This document shows positions 15,797 through 25,196 of a stretch of DNA of 29,054 nucleotides, piece by piece. Every line of letters starts with the position of its first letter. The first letter of the stretch is position 1. Source of the stretch: Promethearchaeota archaeon Loki_b32 (GTDB lineage: Archaea > Asgardarchaeota > Lokiarchaeia > Sigyniarchaeales > SOKP01); NCBI GenBank assembly GCA_005223125.1, contig NJBH01000042.1, positions 1-29,054 of the forward strand. Reading direction: 5' to 3'. Made by a program: the position numbers and the translations under genes. A model generated the notes under the pieces. It saw nothing but the letters and a program-made list of their open reading frames with translations. It was not told the DNA's origin and made no database searches.

Positions 15797-17506
15797 TTAA
15801 ATAAGAAAAGAGATCATATTATAAATTGAATAAAATATCGATCCAATTATTAATATAAGGATTACAAATAGTCTTAAGCGAAAAGTTCGAATCATATCTT
15901 CCTTTAAAGCCTCACGTGGAAATTGCTTAACATTATTTAAAAATTTCTGAAGAATATTAGGTTTTTTTAACTTTGTCGTAACTTGGATTCTATATACAAT
16001 GGATGGTGTTTTAAATTCAATCACATCAACAGGAAGAAAAATATATAAGATCAAGAAAATAAAAACGATTGCCATGTAAATAGTGCTAATTATATTGTCA
16101 ATAATCGTATAACTTGTATCTGCTATAAACCAACCTTCGATTTGCTGAATTGTTAACATAATAATCATTGCTCCAAGCCCAAAAATATCAAAGAAATCCA
16201 ATTTCCTGAACCACTTTCTTATTTTGATTGATTCAACATTACGAGTAGTAATATATTGGAATTTATTACTAAATTTACGTCTAAATTTAAAAATCCCGTT
16301 TACTTTGTTATAATAAAATGTATCTCCCCCCTTTTTACTAAAGTCAAATGAATAACTTTTAACTAATAAGATAAAACCGTACATTAATGCGACCCACCAA
16401 AATAAGGGACCAAATAATACCATATTAATTGCCATTATGATTCCAGAAACAATTAGAAAAAGTCCGAATATCAAATTAAATAATTGAAAGTGAGTATTAT
16501 CTAACTCTGAAAATAATAATTGAGAGTTATCATTTGTATCATCTCCTTCAATATCACATTCAAAGAAATTACTAAGATCTTCTGTCAACTCTGACTTGTG
16601 CTTTAACTTAATGGGAGAAAACCACATTTCATATAAATGAGTCTTTGTAGCTATTTCAAAATAATTTTGCTGGAACATAACAAGTAATATTAAAACAATA
16701 ATTTCTAAAATTGAAATAGTTAAAAATATCCATGATAAAACGTAATCTGGTCCAGCTCTTTCAACCATAAATAAGGGAATTGCAGTCATTAACTGGTACA
16801 CTATAAAAGGTAAGATAAGCATTATCCAACCAAATTTTGGACCCAGATGATTGTTTTGATATCTTATTGCTTCAATATCTTTCTTAGGAACTTCAGTTAA
16901 CCAAGGACAAAATGGTCGTAATTCATAAAAGAAATAAAAATTTCTTGATTGTGAAAAATTTCCTCTAAAAGGACTTAAAATAAAATAAATAATTAAACCA
17001 AATCCTATTCCTAAAGCTGGTAGGCCCGTTACATAAAAAAAGGAGGGTCCGCCGAGCACTACAGCACTCCCATAATTTGTGTTATGATGTCCAACTTCGG
17101 CTCCAAAAACAAGTAGAGTTAATAAACCAACTATTATTAAGATAAAAGCTGCAATTAGTCGACTTATTGCGATTGAATTAAATTTTATATAATTATCAAC
17201 AGGTTCTCTTAATTCACGTATCTTTTTAATTGTAAGTGAATTTTCTCGAAGATAATAGGGAGCAATAAAAAATTTTGAAGTAATTATCATCCCAAGAATA
17301 ATGATTATAACATCAATCAGAAAAGAAATATTAATATCATCAATTATTATTCCAAAATCAAAACTGCCAATAAAAAACACAAATCCTATTAAGATAATAA
17401 AAATGCCAACGATTAGAAATGTAAACCTTAAAATCTTTTTAAGTGGATGTGTTTCTTTTAGTTTTTCGATATCTTCCGGTGTTAATAAGCTCATTAACCA
17501 TATCAA
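15797..17506 (-). CDS. Polytopic membrane protein of unknown function with internal duplication
   Basis: About 11 hydrophobic segments alternating with beta-rich soluble stretches; true start may be the ATG a few codons downstream (MSLLTPED). Confidence 0.85.
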   Translation of the reverse strand: MIWLMSLLTPEDIEKLKETHPLKKILRFTFLIVGIFIILIGFVFFIGSFDFGIIIDDINISFLIDVIIIILGMIITSKFFIAPYYLRENSLTIKKIRELREPVDNYIKFNSIAISRLIAAFILIIVGLLTLLVFGAEVGHHNTNYGSAVVLGGPSFFYVTGLPALGIGFGLIIYFILSPFRGNFSQSRNFYFFYELRPFCPWLTEVPKKDIEAIRYQNNHLGPKFGWIMLILPFIVYQLMTAIPLFMVERAGPDYVLSWIFLTISILEIIVLILLVMFQQNYFEIATKTHLYEMWFSPIKLKHKSELTEDLSNFFECDIEGDDTNDNSQLLFSELDNTHFQLFNLIFGLFLIVSGIIMAINMVLFGPLFWWVALMYGFILLVKSYSFDFSKKGGDTFYYNKVNGIFKFRRKFSNKFQYITTRNVESIKIRKWFRKLDFFDIFGLGAMIIMLTIQQIEGWFIADTSYTIIDNIISTIYMAIVFIFLILYIFLPVDVIEFKTPSIVYRIQVTTKLKKPNILQKFLNNVKQFPREALKEDMIRTFRLRLFVILILIIGSIFYSIYNMISFLI

Positions 17507-17593
17507 TTTTTCAAACTAAAATCAATTATTGTATTGTTAATTTCATTCTTTAATAAAATTTTAATTTTTTAATTATTTTTATAATAGTGGTAA

Positions 17594-18097
17594 ATGGATT
17601 TTAAGGACTTTAAGGATGGATTAACTAGTTTATCATTATTATTATCTGTTTTCTCTTTAACACTTATAATTGGCTCAATTGCACTTAAACCATATATAGG
17701 GTTGGAACCTCAAGAAAGAGATTTAATAGTTATTTTGTGTACAGTAAACTTTTTTTTTTCCCTCTTTTATTTGTGGAATGCTATAAGGTTAGAAAAGATT
17801 TTCAGGTTAGAAAATAAAAATATAATAAAATTTGGAAAGATTATGGGCTTTGCAACGCTTATTTATGTTATTCATCTAATTATATTCACAACACTTTTTT
17901 TAAGAGATTTACATAATCTTGAACTGGTTATGATATTTCTCGTCTTTCTTATAGAGATTATGTTAGTCGGTTTAGTACTAAAGGAAGTATGTGATCTAAT
18001 TTTTATGGAAGAATCTCAAAGAGACTTTGAAATTGAAGAAAATCGTAAAAAATATATAGAAAGAGAAAAAAACCCAATTCTGGGTGATGAAGTGTAA
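17594..18097 (+). CDS. Hypothetical 4-TM membrane protein
   Basis: Four hydrophobic segments and a charged C-terminal tail. Confidence 0.8.
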   Translation: MDFKDFKDGLTSLSLLLSVFSLTLIIGSIALKPYIGLEPQERDLIVILCTVNFFFSLFYLWNAIRLEKIFRLENKNIIKFGKIMGFATLIYVIHLIIFTTLFLRDLHNLELVMIFLVFLIEIMLVGLVLKEVCDLIFMEESQRDFEIEENRKKYIEREKNPILGDEV

Positions 18098-18123
18098 ATT
18101 ATAAGTATGAACAATTAGAAGAA

Positions 18124-19413
18124 CTATCTTTTGGCTAATTTTTCAATTGCTGTATCAATCATCTTTAATTTTGTAGAATATTTTTCCATAAGATCCGCAA
18201 ATTTCTCCACTTCTATCTCATTATTTTCCTTTAGTAGTTTTAGTTCATTAATAGTTCTTACGACTCCAGCCTTCTTATCTATTAGTTTTTCTTTTTTACT
18301 ATAGGGAATCTTTTCTTCCAATTTTTTTCTTTGGTAAGATTTAAATCGTTTCACATTCAAATCTTTAGGTACAAATTTAGTTAAATAAATAATATTTTTT
18401 GGAACAAATGGAGCTAAATTCTCGGGAATAATAATAATGGGTTCTGGATCTTGTATTTTCTTTATGTTTTCGTAATCTAATTGCTCCGTATCACTTTCCT
18501 TTAAATTTTCATCTACAATCGATAAATTTAATTCAATATTTTCTTTTTCTTCACTGGAAAGTGAAAGAGTTTTTAACATATCTTCCCAGATATCCTTGGA
18601 TTTTATGAAATACCATTGAGCTTTTTGTTGTAATTCTTTTACTTTTTCTTTATTAATTGATGTGATTGAAGATTCTAATGACGCACGCGCTTTGAGAAAG
18701 CATGCTTTTCCCATATCATAATGAAATTGAGCTCTGATTTGTTGTTTCTTTTTCTCTTCGTGTTTTTTAAGATAAAATAATCTTTTTGATAATAGACTAA
18801 GACCTGCATATAATTTTGAAGAAAAGTAAATATTATTATTATTTTCTTCTCTTAAAGCAGCTAAACTTTGAGCAAAAATTCTTGATTCTTCAGAATTTAA
18901 CTCGAGGTTTTCTGACATGAGAGTTTCTCCCATCTCCTTTTGATCTACAACAGCAGCGCTAAAATAAGCTGCAGTTTTATATATTTTACTGCATTCTGTC
19001 ATCGCTATAATCGCATTTTCCCACTCTTCTTCATCTTCATACTTTTCAGACAATTGTGAATAAGCTTTAGCTTTAACCCATAATACACGAGCACATTCAA
19101 ACATTATATCCTGAATTTCAACTTCTCTATTTGCTTGAACGTCATTATATGTTTGAGTGATATCTAAATCTTCTAAAATCTCTTTCTGATTTTCATTTTT
19201 ATAATTAATATTTAAGATTTTAGTATACTCCAATATAAGATTTAGATCGTCTAAGGTAAAAGTCTCATCATCTTTTTCTAAGGCATTTTCAATTTTTTTT
19301 ATTTTAAAATGCAGATATCGTATTCTCTGCATTAATTCTTCTGCAAAAAAAGTCATATTTGAATCGTTTCGTTTTTCATTAAATTTAGTTAAATTAAATA
19401 ATTCAAACATCAT
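18124..19413 (-). CDS. Hypothetical alpha-helical repeat (TPR-like) protein
   Basis: Ala/aromatic helical patterns (AKAYSQLSEKYE..EEWENAIIAMTECSKIY; FHYDMGKACF; AQWYFIKSKDIWE) and a coiled-coil C-terminus; start may be MTFFAEE. Confidence 0.75.
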   Translation of the reverse strand: MMFELFNLTKFNEKRNDSNMTFFAEELMQRIRYLHFKIKKIENALEKDDETFTLDDLNLILEYTKILNINYKNENQKEILEDLDITQTYNDVQANREVEIQDIMFECARVLWVKAKAYSQLSEKYEDEEEWENAIIAMTECSKIYKTAAYFSAAVVDQKEMGETLMSENLELNSEESRIFAQSLAALREENNNNIYFSSKLYAGLSLLSKRLFYLKKHEEKKKQQIRAQFHYDMGKACFLKARASLESSITSINKEKVKELQQKAQWYFIKSKDIWEDMLKTLSLSSEEKENIELNLSIVDENLKESDTEQLDYENIKKIQDPEPIIIIPENLAPFVPKNIIYLTKFVPKDLNVKRFKSYQRKKLEEKIPYSKKEKLIDKKAGVVRTINELKLLKENNEIEVEKFADLMEKYSTKLKMIDTAIEKLAKR

Positions 19414-19490
19414 TTTAAACCTAATCTTTCAAAATCTTTTTATAAGATACTAATGTAAAAAAATCTGAATATCATGAATTTAATTTAAAA

Positions 19491-20804
19491 ATGAGTAAAG
19501 ATATAATTTTTATTTTTGAGTTTGTTTCTGGTGGTGGTTTTAGTCAAGTAAATATACCAACTTCACTTTTTTGTGAAGGTTTTGGTATGTTAAGATCGAT
19601 TATAGCCGATTTTAAAGCATTAGATTTTGAGATTCATACGATTTTAGATTTTAGGATTTTTTTCTTATCTAAGTTTTTACAAGCTGATGTCACCAAAAAA
19701 GTAAATCTAAATGAAAATTATATAACGATTTTTAAAAATATTGCTCAAAAATGTAAATATACTTTCATTATTGCCCCAGAATCTTCAAATATTCTTTTTG
19801 AATTAACTAAAATTAGTAAAAACTGTAATAATATTATTTTAAGCACAAATCTAAGAGGTATAAAGCTAGGTAGCTCAAAAATAAAAACTTATAACTTCTT
19901 TAAAAAAAATAAGGTTTTCACTCCAAGAACTTATAAGATACCCTATACAAATAACAAGCTCCTTTTAGATGTAGATTTTATAATTCAAAAATATAGAGAA
20001 TTGAGATGCCCTATTGTAATTAAGCCAGAAGATGGTGTTGGAGCAGAGTCGATTTATTATTTTGAAAATGAAAATCACATAGTAGATTTTTGCAGTAATT
20101 CCGATAGAATCATAGATACTAATAGAACTTTTATACTTCAAGAATATATAAAAGGAAGAGATTTAAGCAGTTCATTAATAGGTATTTCAAATTTAGATAT
20201 GAATCCAATTATTTTAAGTGTAAATTCACAAGAAATTATAATTAAAAACCTGAAATCTGAGTATTTTGGAGGATATACACCTTTAGAAAATTATGAGGAA
20301 ATAAAAAAGAAATTAAGTTTTGTTATAAAAAGTATGGATCTCTCTAAAATTGAAGGATATTTCGGTATTGATTTCATTGAGAAACAAACTAGTTCTTTTC
20401 ATTTTATAGAGATTAATCCCCGATTAACTACATCATATATCGGAGTAAGAAATATAATTAATCTAAATTGCGCAGAATTAATACTTAAATCAAAATTAAA
20501 TATTCTAAGTACTCCCGAAATTAAGTTACTTAATCATTCTTATTTTACACGTTTAGATTTTTATTGTGATGAATTTGAAAATATGGAAGTATTCTCTGAA
20601 GAAATTATGCCCCAATTAATGAAATTAATTCCAGAATTTGTTACACCACCTATTTCACTTGATGGTTCAAACCAATACTCGTGTTTTATAGCAACAAAAA
20701 CAAAAAATTTACACTCCTCAAAAATAAGGGTTAGAAATATAATTCAATCTTTGAAATCTCAAAATTTTAAAATCATTAAACCAATACAAAAAGAATTATT
20801 GTGA
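19491..20804 (+). CDS. ATP-grasp ligase, tyramine-L-glutamate ligase (MfnD)-like
   Basis: IFEFVSGGG, EGFGML, IIAPE, VIKPEDGVG, QEYIKG, GYFGIDF and IEINPRLTTSYIG. Confidence 0.85.
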   Translation: MSKDIIFIFEFVSGGGFSQVNIPTSLFCEGFGMLRSIIADFKALDFEIHTILDFRIFFLSKFLQADVTKKVNLNENYITIFKNIAQKCKYTFIIAPESSNILFELTKISKNCNNIILSTNLRGIKLGSSKIKTYNFFKKNKVFTPRTYKIPYTNNKLLLDVDFIIQKYRELRCPIVIKPEDGVGAESIYYFENENHIVDFCSNSDRIIDTNRTFILQEYIKGRDLSSSLIGISNLDMNPIILSVNSQEIIIKNLKSEYFGGYTPLENYEEIKKKLSFVIKSMDLSKIEGYFGIDFIEKQTSSFHFIEINPRLTTSYIGVRNIINLNCAELILKSKLNILSTPEIKLLNHSYFTRLDFYCDEFENMEVFSEEIMPQLMKLIPEFVTPPISLDGSNQYSCFIATKTKNLHSSKIRVRNIIQSLKSQNFKIIKPIQKELL

Positions 20805-21666
20805 AACTCCCATAATGAAGTAACAGCGAAATTATTAAGCAACTTTCAATTTTTAATCCTTTCATGGCACATAAACCATATGATAATAACCATAACGACC
20901 AAACTTGAAAAACAATTAATAATATTTTATCAAGTAGATTAAATACACTAAGATTTAATAGCCAAAAAGATTTGAAAATCAAGTGAGTTATAAGATAAAA
21001 AACCATTGGAAACTGAATAATTGCGAAAGATATAAAAAAATTAAAAGTGTTTTCTTTTTTTTTGTAAAATAATCGAGAAATTCCTTCTATTATAATGAAA
21101 AATATAATCATATTTACTATAAAAGTAAAGCTTATTAAAATCTGTAAAAACAAATCCATATTACTTTGCTCACTCTCAATAAAGAACAATAAAAACGAGT
21201 AAAATCCATTTAATCCAGTTAAAATTGTCCCTGTTATTAAAATACTTAAAGAAATTATAGTTGTTAATGCTTTATCTTCTTTTTCAAATTGGATAAATCT
21301 TTTAGATGTAATCTTCATTAATTTACGTAATATTGGAGATCTAAGCTCTCTATGAGTGAAATCGGGTGACCTAATTGTTTCAATGTTATTTTTTAAAGAA
21401 CTATACGCATACACTCCTAATTCGCTCAAATAATATCTTTTATCTGTTTTTTGATCCACTAATTCTTTTAACGTCTCTAGGTGATGATAAATTGTTCCAG
21501 TACTCACTTCAAGTTCTTTTTTAAGATTAGTAAAAGTTGTATATTCATTATCTCCAATGATTTTTATGATTCTTCTTCGGATTTCATGACCTAAAGCATA
21601 ATAAAAACTCGATTCAACATCCCGTTCATCAGAATTATTCTCGATTTGATTAGGTTTTTCAGAAAT
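20776..21666 (-). CDS. ArsR-like winged-HTH fused to a multi-TM (Yip1-like) domain; probable ATT start
   Basis: The track GTG start (21507) falls inside the HTH. The frame is open to 21672, giving (M)SEKPNQ...FYYALGHEIRRRIIKIIGDNEYTTFTNLKKELEVSTGTIYHHL. There is no ATG/GTG/TTG in the extension; ATT at 21666 lies 2 nt after the upstream stop. Confidence 0.8.
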   Translation of the reverse strand: MSEKPNQIENNSDERDVESSFYYALGHEIRRRIIKIIGDNEYTTFTNLKKELEVSTGTIYHHLETLKELVDQKTDKRYYLSELGVYAYSSLKNNIETIRSPDFTHRELRSPILRKLMKITSKRFIQFEKEDKALTTIISLSILITGTILTGLNGFYSFLLFFIESEQSNMDLFLQILISFTFIVNMIIFFIIIEGISRLFYKKKENTFNFFISFAIIQFPMVFYLITHLIFKSFWLLNLSVFNLLDKILLIVFQVWSLWLLSYGLCAMKGLKIESCLIISLLLHYGSFTIILFVLV

Positions 21667-21668
21667 TC

Positions 21669-22091
21669 TTAATTACCATCCATCTGTTTTTCTATTGTGA
21701 TTAGTATATTTATTATATTAAAAAGTATTAATAGAAATCCAATAACTCCTAAGTAGAAACCTATGCCCGGATTAGAAATAAAATTAATCTCTTGTGTTAT
21801 ATAATCAATAAAGAAAATTATCATAAAGCCTAAACCAACAAAGAATATTATAACACATTTGATTTTTAACTCAATTTTGTAAATTACTAAAGAACTTGCG
21901 ATTAAGCAAATAATTCCACTCATTAGTGGAAATAAGTACAAAAAGGAATCCTCGATAGCGACGGAGGAATAAATAACATATCTTTCAATTAAACTATAAT
22001 CTGTAAACCATGAAAAGAATTCAGATATTATTAATATTACAGAACCTATTACACCTAATATATATATATTCAAGTATTTTTTTAGTTTCAT
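21669..22091 (-). CDS. Hypothetical 4-TM membrane protein
   Basis: Hydrophobic; FFSWF ... PGIGFYLGVIG pattern common in small membrane proteins. Confidence 0.8.
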   Translation of the reverse strand: MKLKKYLNIYILGVIGSVILIISEFFSWFTDYSLIERYVIYSSVAIEDSFLYLFPLMSGIICLIASSLVIYKIELKIKCVIIFFVGLGFMIIFFIDYITQEINFISNPGIGFYLGVIGFLLILFNIINILITIEKQMDGN

Positions 22092-22229
22092 TAAAAATCA
22101 TATATATATTTTCATTAAAATTCCAAAATTATAAAAATTCCAAAAGAATAATATTAAAATAAATTTTGAAAATATTAATTTTTCTTAGATCTTAAAAAGA
22201 AATCGAAAAAATAAAAATTTGAGATAAAA

Positions 22230-23627
22230 ATGTCTGCCCAATCTACAACAGAAATAGAAACTGAGTCACCTCCTTTATTCAATTATTTAAAAGAAGAAAT
22301 ACCTCTTGAAGATCTGAAAGATTATGCCTCACCTAGGCGTATTACCTCTATAGATTTTCTTAAAGGCTTTGCGATAATTTTTGTAATTTTAGCGCACACA
22401 GCACAAGGATGGCTTGCTCCTGATTCTATTTATTTATATGGATTATTGTTTGCTTTATTAGATATCCTAGGTCCCTCGCTATTTGTGTTTCTTTCAGCAC
22501 TGAGTGTAATTTTCAGTATTAAAAGGAAGGAAGGTATTGTACACCCTAAAATTATTAGAAATAGGATTTTTACACGTGGATTTGTAATGATAATTATTGG
22601 AATGCTTACTAATATCGTAGTTATTCAAGATGGAGTAGTGACAGTTGCTATTTATGGTTGGAATATTATCACATTTATCGGATTTTCTCAAATTTTTTCT
22701 TTTTATATCTTAAAATTAAGAAAATCTAGACGCATTTTGATTGGTTTATTGATCATATTTTTTTCTCCTGCTTTCAGAGCTATTCTCTATATAGGAAAAA
22801 CCGAAGGAAATATTCTCTTAAGTATTTTACATTATATTATAACCTCCCCAACACCTCATCTAACTCTTTTACCATGGGTGTCGATATGCTTTATTTCAAC
22901 CATATTTGGAGAATATATATATGAAGCAATGAATAAAGGAACAAAGGATGCTTATATAGGGCTGTTTAGGATATTCTTTGTATGGGGAATAATATTTATT
23001 TTGGTTGGGATCTTTTCCTATTATCCTAATGGACTCAATTTTACAGAATGGCAACCTGGTTGGTTTTTACAAACACCCTTATCAATGGAGGATATTGGTG
23101 AACTATCTGAATATCCACAGTTAAGATTATTAGCAACTGCTAATAAGCAGGATTTTTTTGAAATTCCAGGAATGCCAAGTTTTTTAATACGTGGAACAAG
23201 TGCTAACATGTTTTATAATCAAGGCGCGGCATTATTAATCATTGCTATTTTCTTCTATTATATTGATATTAAAGAAAATTCCAATAATTTCACGAATATG
23301 TTTATATATTATGGTAAAACATCACTGAGTTTATTTCTCATTCATTTTTTATTTATTCCCATATATTTCAACCAATATAATGTCGCCATCTTCTTAATAG
23401 TTAGTTTGGCCTACACTGGATTTCTTGGTATTTTCATGTATGTTTGGATGGAATATGCTAACGGTGTAGGATCTCCGGAGTGGATGATGATTCAAATTGG
23501 CCGGATCGGACAAAAATCTGGTGAGGCTGTCAAGAAAACGACAAAGAAAGTTTATAATAGATTAAAAAAAGAAAGAGTTAAAAAGATGGAAGATTTTATG
23601 AAGAAATTAAGTAAAGATGATGAATAG
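22230..23627 (+). CDS. DUF1624 / HGSNAT-like transmembrane acyltransferase (paralog 1)
   Basis: RRITSIDFLKGFAIIFVILAH, PSLFVFLS and YGKTSLSLFLIH; about 10-11 TMs. Confidence 0.82.
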   Translation: MSAQSTTEIETESPPLFNYLKEEIPLEDLKDYASPRRITSIDFLKGFAIIFVILAHTAQGWLAPDSIYLYGLLFALLDILGPSLFVFLSALSVIFSIKRKEGIVHPKIIRNRIFTRGFVMIIIGMLTNIVVIQDGVVTVAIYGWNIITFIGFSQIFSFYILKLRKSRRILIGLLIIFFSPAFRAILYIGKTEGNILLSILHYIITSPTPHLTLLPWVSICFISTIFGEYIYEAMNKGTKDAYIGLFRIFFVWGIIFILVGIFSYYPNGLNFTEWQPGWFLQTPLSMEDIGELSEYPQLRLLATANKQDFFEIPGMPSFLIRGTSANMFYNQGAALLIIAIFFYYIDIKENSNNFTNMFIYYGKTSLSLFLIHFLFIPIYFNQYNVAIFLIVSLAYTGFLGIFMYVWMEYANGVGSPEWMMIQIGRIGQKSGEAVKKTTKKVYNRLKKERVKKMEDFMKKLSKDDE

Positions 23628-23728
23628 TCAATTTAAAATCTTAGAATTTTTTAATTTATTATAATTATTTAACACCTATTTATTATGAGAAGTTTCTTTT
23701 TAAAAGATAAAATATTTGAAGATTATTA

Positions 23729-25009
23729 ATGAAAAATACCCAGATTTTCTTTTTATTCGCTGTTATATTAAATGCAGTATATTTAGTAATAACTTTCATA
23801 TTCTTTTTTTATTTAGAAAGTCCTCTGATGAGTAGCAGCAATAATGATTATTTAACTTTTTATAATGCAGGTTTAATTGTAATAGATGACCTCCCTAACC
23901 TATATAATTCATCTTTATATCTCTTTCCATTTAGATATTTGCCAATTTCAGCTTATTTCTTTACTCCTTTTTCTTTACTAGGACTTAAATTGGGATTTTT
24001 TGTATATCAAATATTTAATTATGCTTTAAATTTTGTTGTAATCTATTTGATCTATAAAATTATTAAAATTTATATGAAATCAAATAAGAAAATGAATATT
24101 ACTTATAAACTAAATAAATTTAGGGAAGTATTTTATGAACCAGATAATGAATCTATACTTCATCACTTTGGTATTCTTCTAATAATGCTTCCACAATTCA
24201 TGAACTATTTCTTAGGTCAGATTAATATACTCGTATCTTTTTTCATCCTTATTTCACTTTTTTACTTCTTAAAAGGTAGTATAAAGTATGACTTATTAGG
24301 TGGTTTATTCTTAGGATTAGGAATTTCATTTAAACCTTCCCTTATACTTCTTTTACCGTTTATTATTCTCTTAAGCTATAATAAGGAAACAAAGAAATTC
24401 GAAATGCCATTTAAAAGAACGGTTTCAAGGCTAATTGGCTCTATTATACTAATTCTCTTATCAGGATTATTTTTTTTAGTTTTGCCTGAAATGTTAACAG
24501 GATTTATCGAGGTTAATCTCACAGGAGAATACACCTATGATGTTGGAGGAGGTTTGGAGATCAACCCTTCATTTAGTCTCACGAGGATAGTATTGATTTT
24601 CTTTGAAGTACTTGCTATAGATATCAATTATTTTTTAGTTTTCATTATAATCGTTTTACTTTTTTGGCTTCCATTATTTATTATTTTTATCTTTTCTAAT
24701 ACTTCGGAAATTAAATTGATTAATGGGTATTTTACTGGTATCACCGTTATGCTTCTTGTCTATTTTGATTCGTGGCCTCATTATATAGTTGTTTTAGCGC
24801 CTTTCTTAATCTTTTTTATACTACTCGAAAAAGATTTTGAAATGTATAAATTATTTAAATACATTTACTATCTATTTGCATTTATAATATTAGCATTTTG
24901 GATTCTATTTTATCTTACCTATGAAATTTTCCCTTTCAATTTAGGAGGTCTGATATTGTTAATGTTATTGTATTATTCCTTAATAGTTTATTATGTTAAA
25001 TCAAATTAG
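23729..25009 (+). CDS. GT-C fold glycosyltransferase, GT87/DUF2029-like
   Basis: DYLTFYNAG, NLY, FRYLP, GQIN, SFKP, INPS and SWPHY; polytopic. Confidence 0.85.
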   Translation: MKNTQIFFLFAVILNAVYLVITFIFFFYLESPLMSSSNNDYLTFYNAGLIVIDDLPNLYNSSLYLFPFRYLPISAYFFTPFSLLGLKLGFFVYQIFNYALNFVVIYLIYKIIKIYMKSNKKMNITYKLNKFREVFYEPDNESILHHFGILLIMLPQFMNYFLGQINILVSFFILISLFYFLKGSIKYDLLGGLFLGLGISFKPSLILLLPFIILLSYNKETKKFEMPFKRTVSRLIGSIILILLSGLFFLVLPEMLTGFIEVNLTGEYTYDVGGGLEINPSFSLTRIVLIFFEVLAIDINYFLVFIIIVLLFWLPLFIIFIFSNTSEIKLINGYFTGITVMLLVYFDSWPHYIVVLAPFLIFFILLEKDFEMYKLFKYIYYLFAFIILAFWILFYLTYEIFPFNLGGLILLMLLYYSLIVYYVKSN

Positions 25010-25196
25010 AACCTATTCATAGAATATATTACAGATACATATTTAAAAATCATACATTTTCATCATTTAATCTGCTCTAAGTACAAAATAAACAAAAATC
25101 ATAACAAAAAGGTTTTTTATAGGTTAAATATATAAATATTTTAATTAGGGAATTGTATTTTTCCTCATTTTACAAAATAATTAAAAAGGATCAAGA

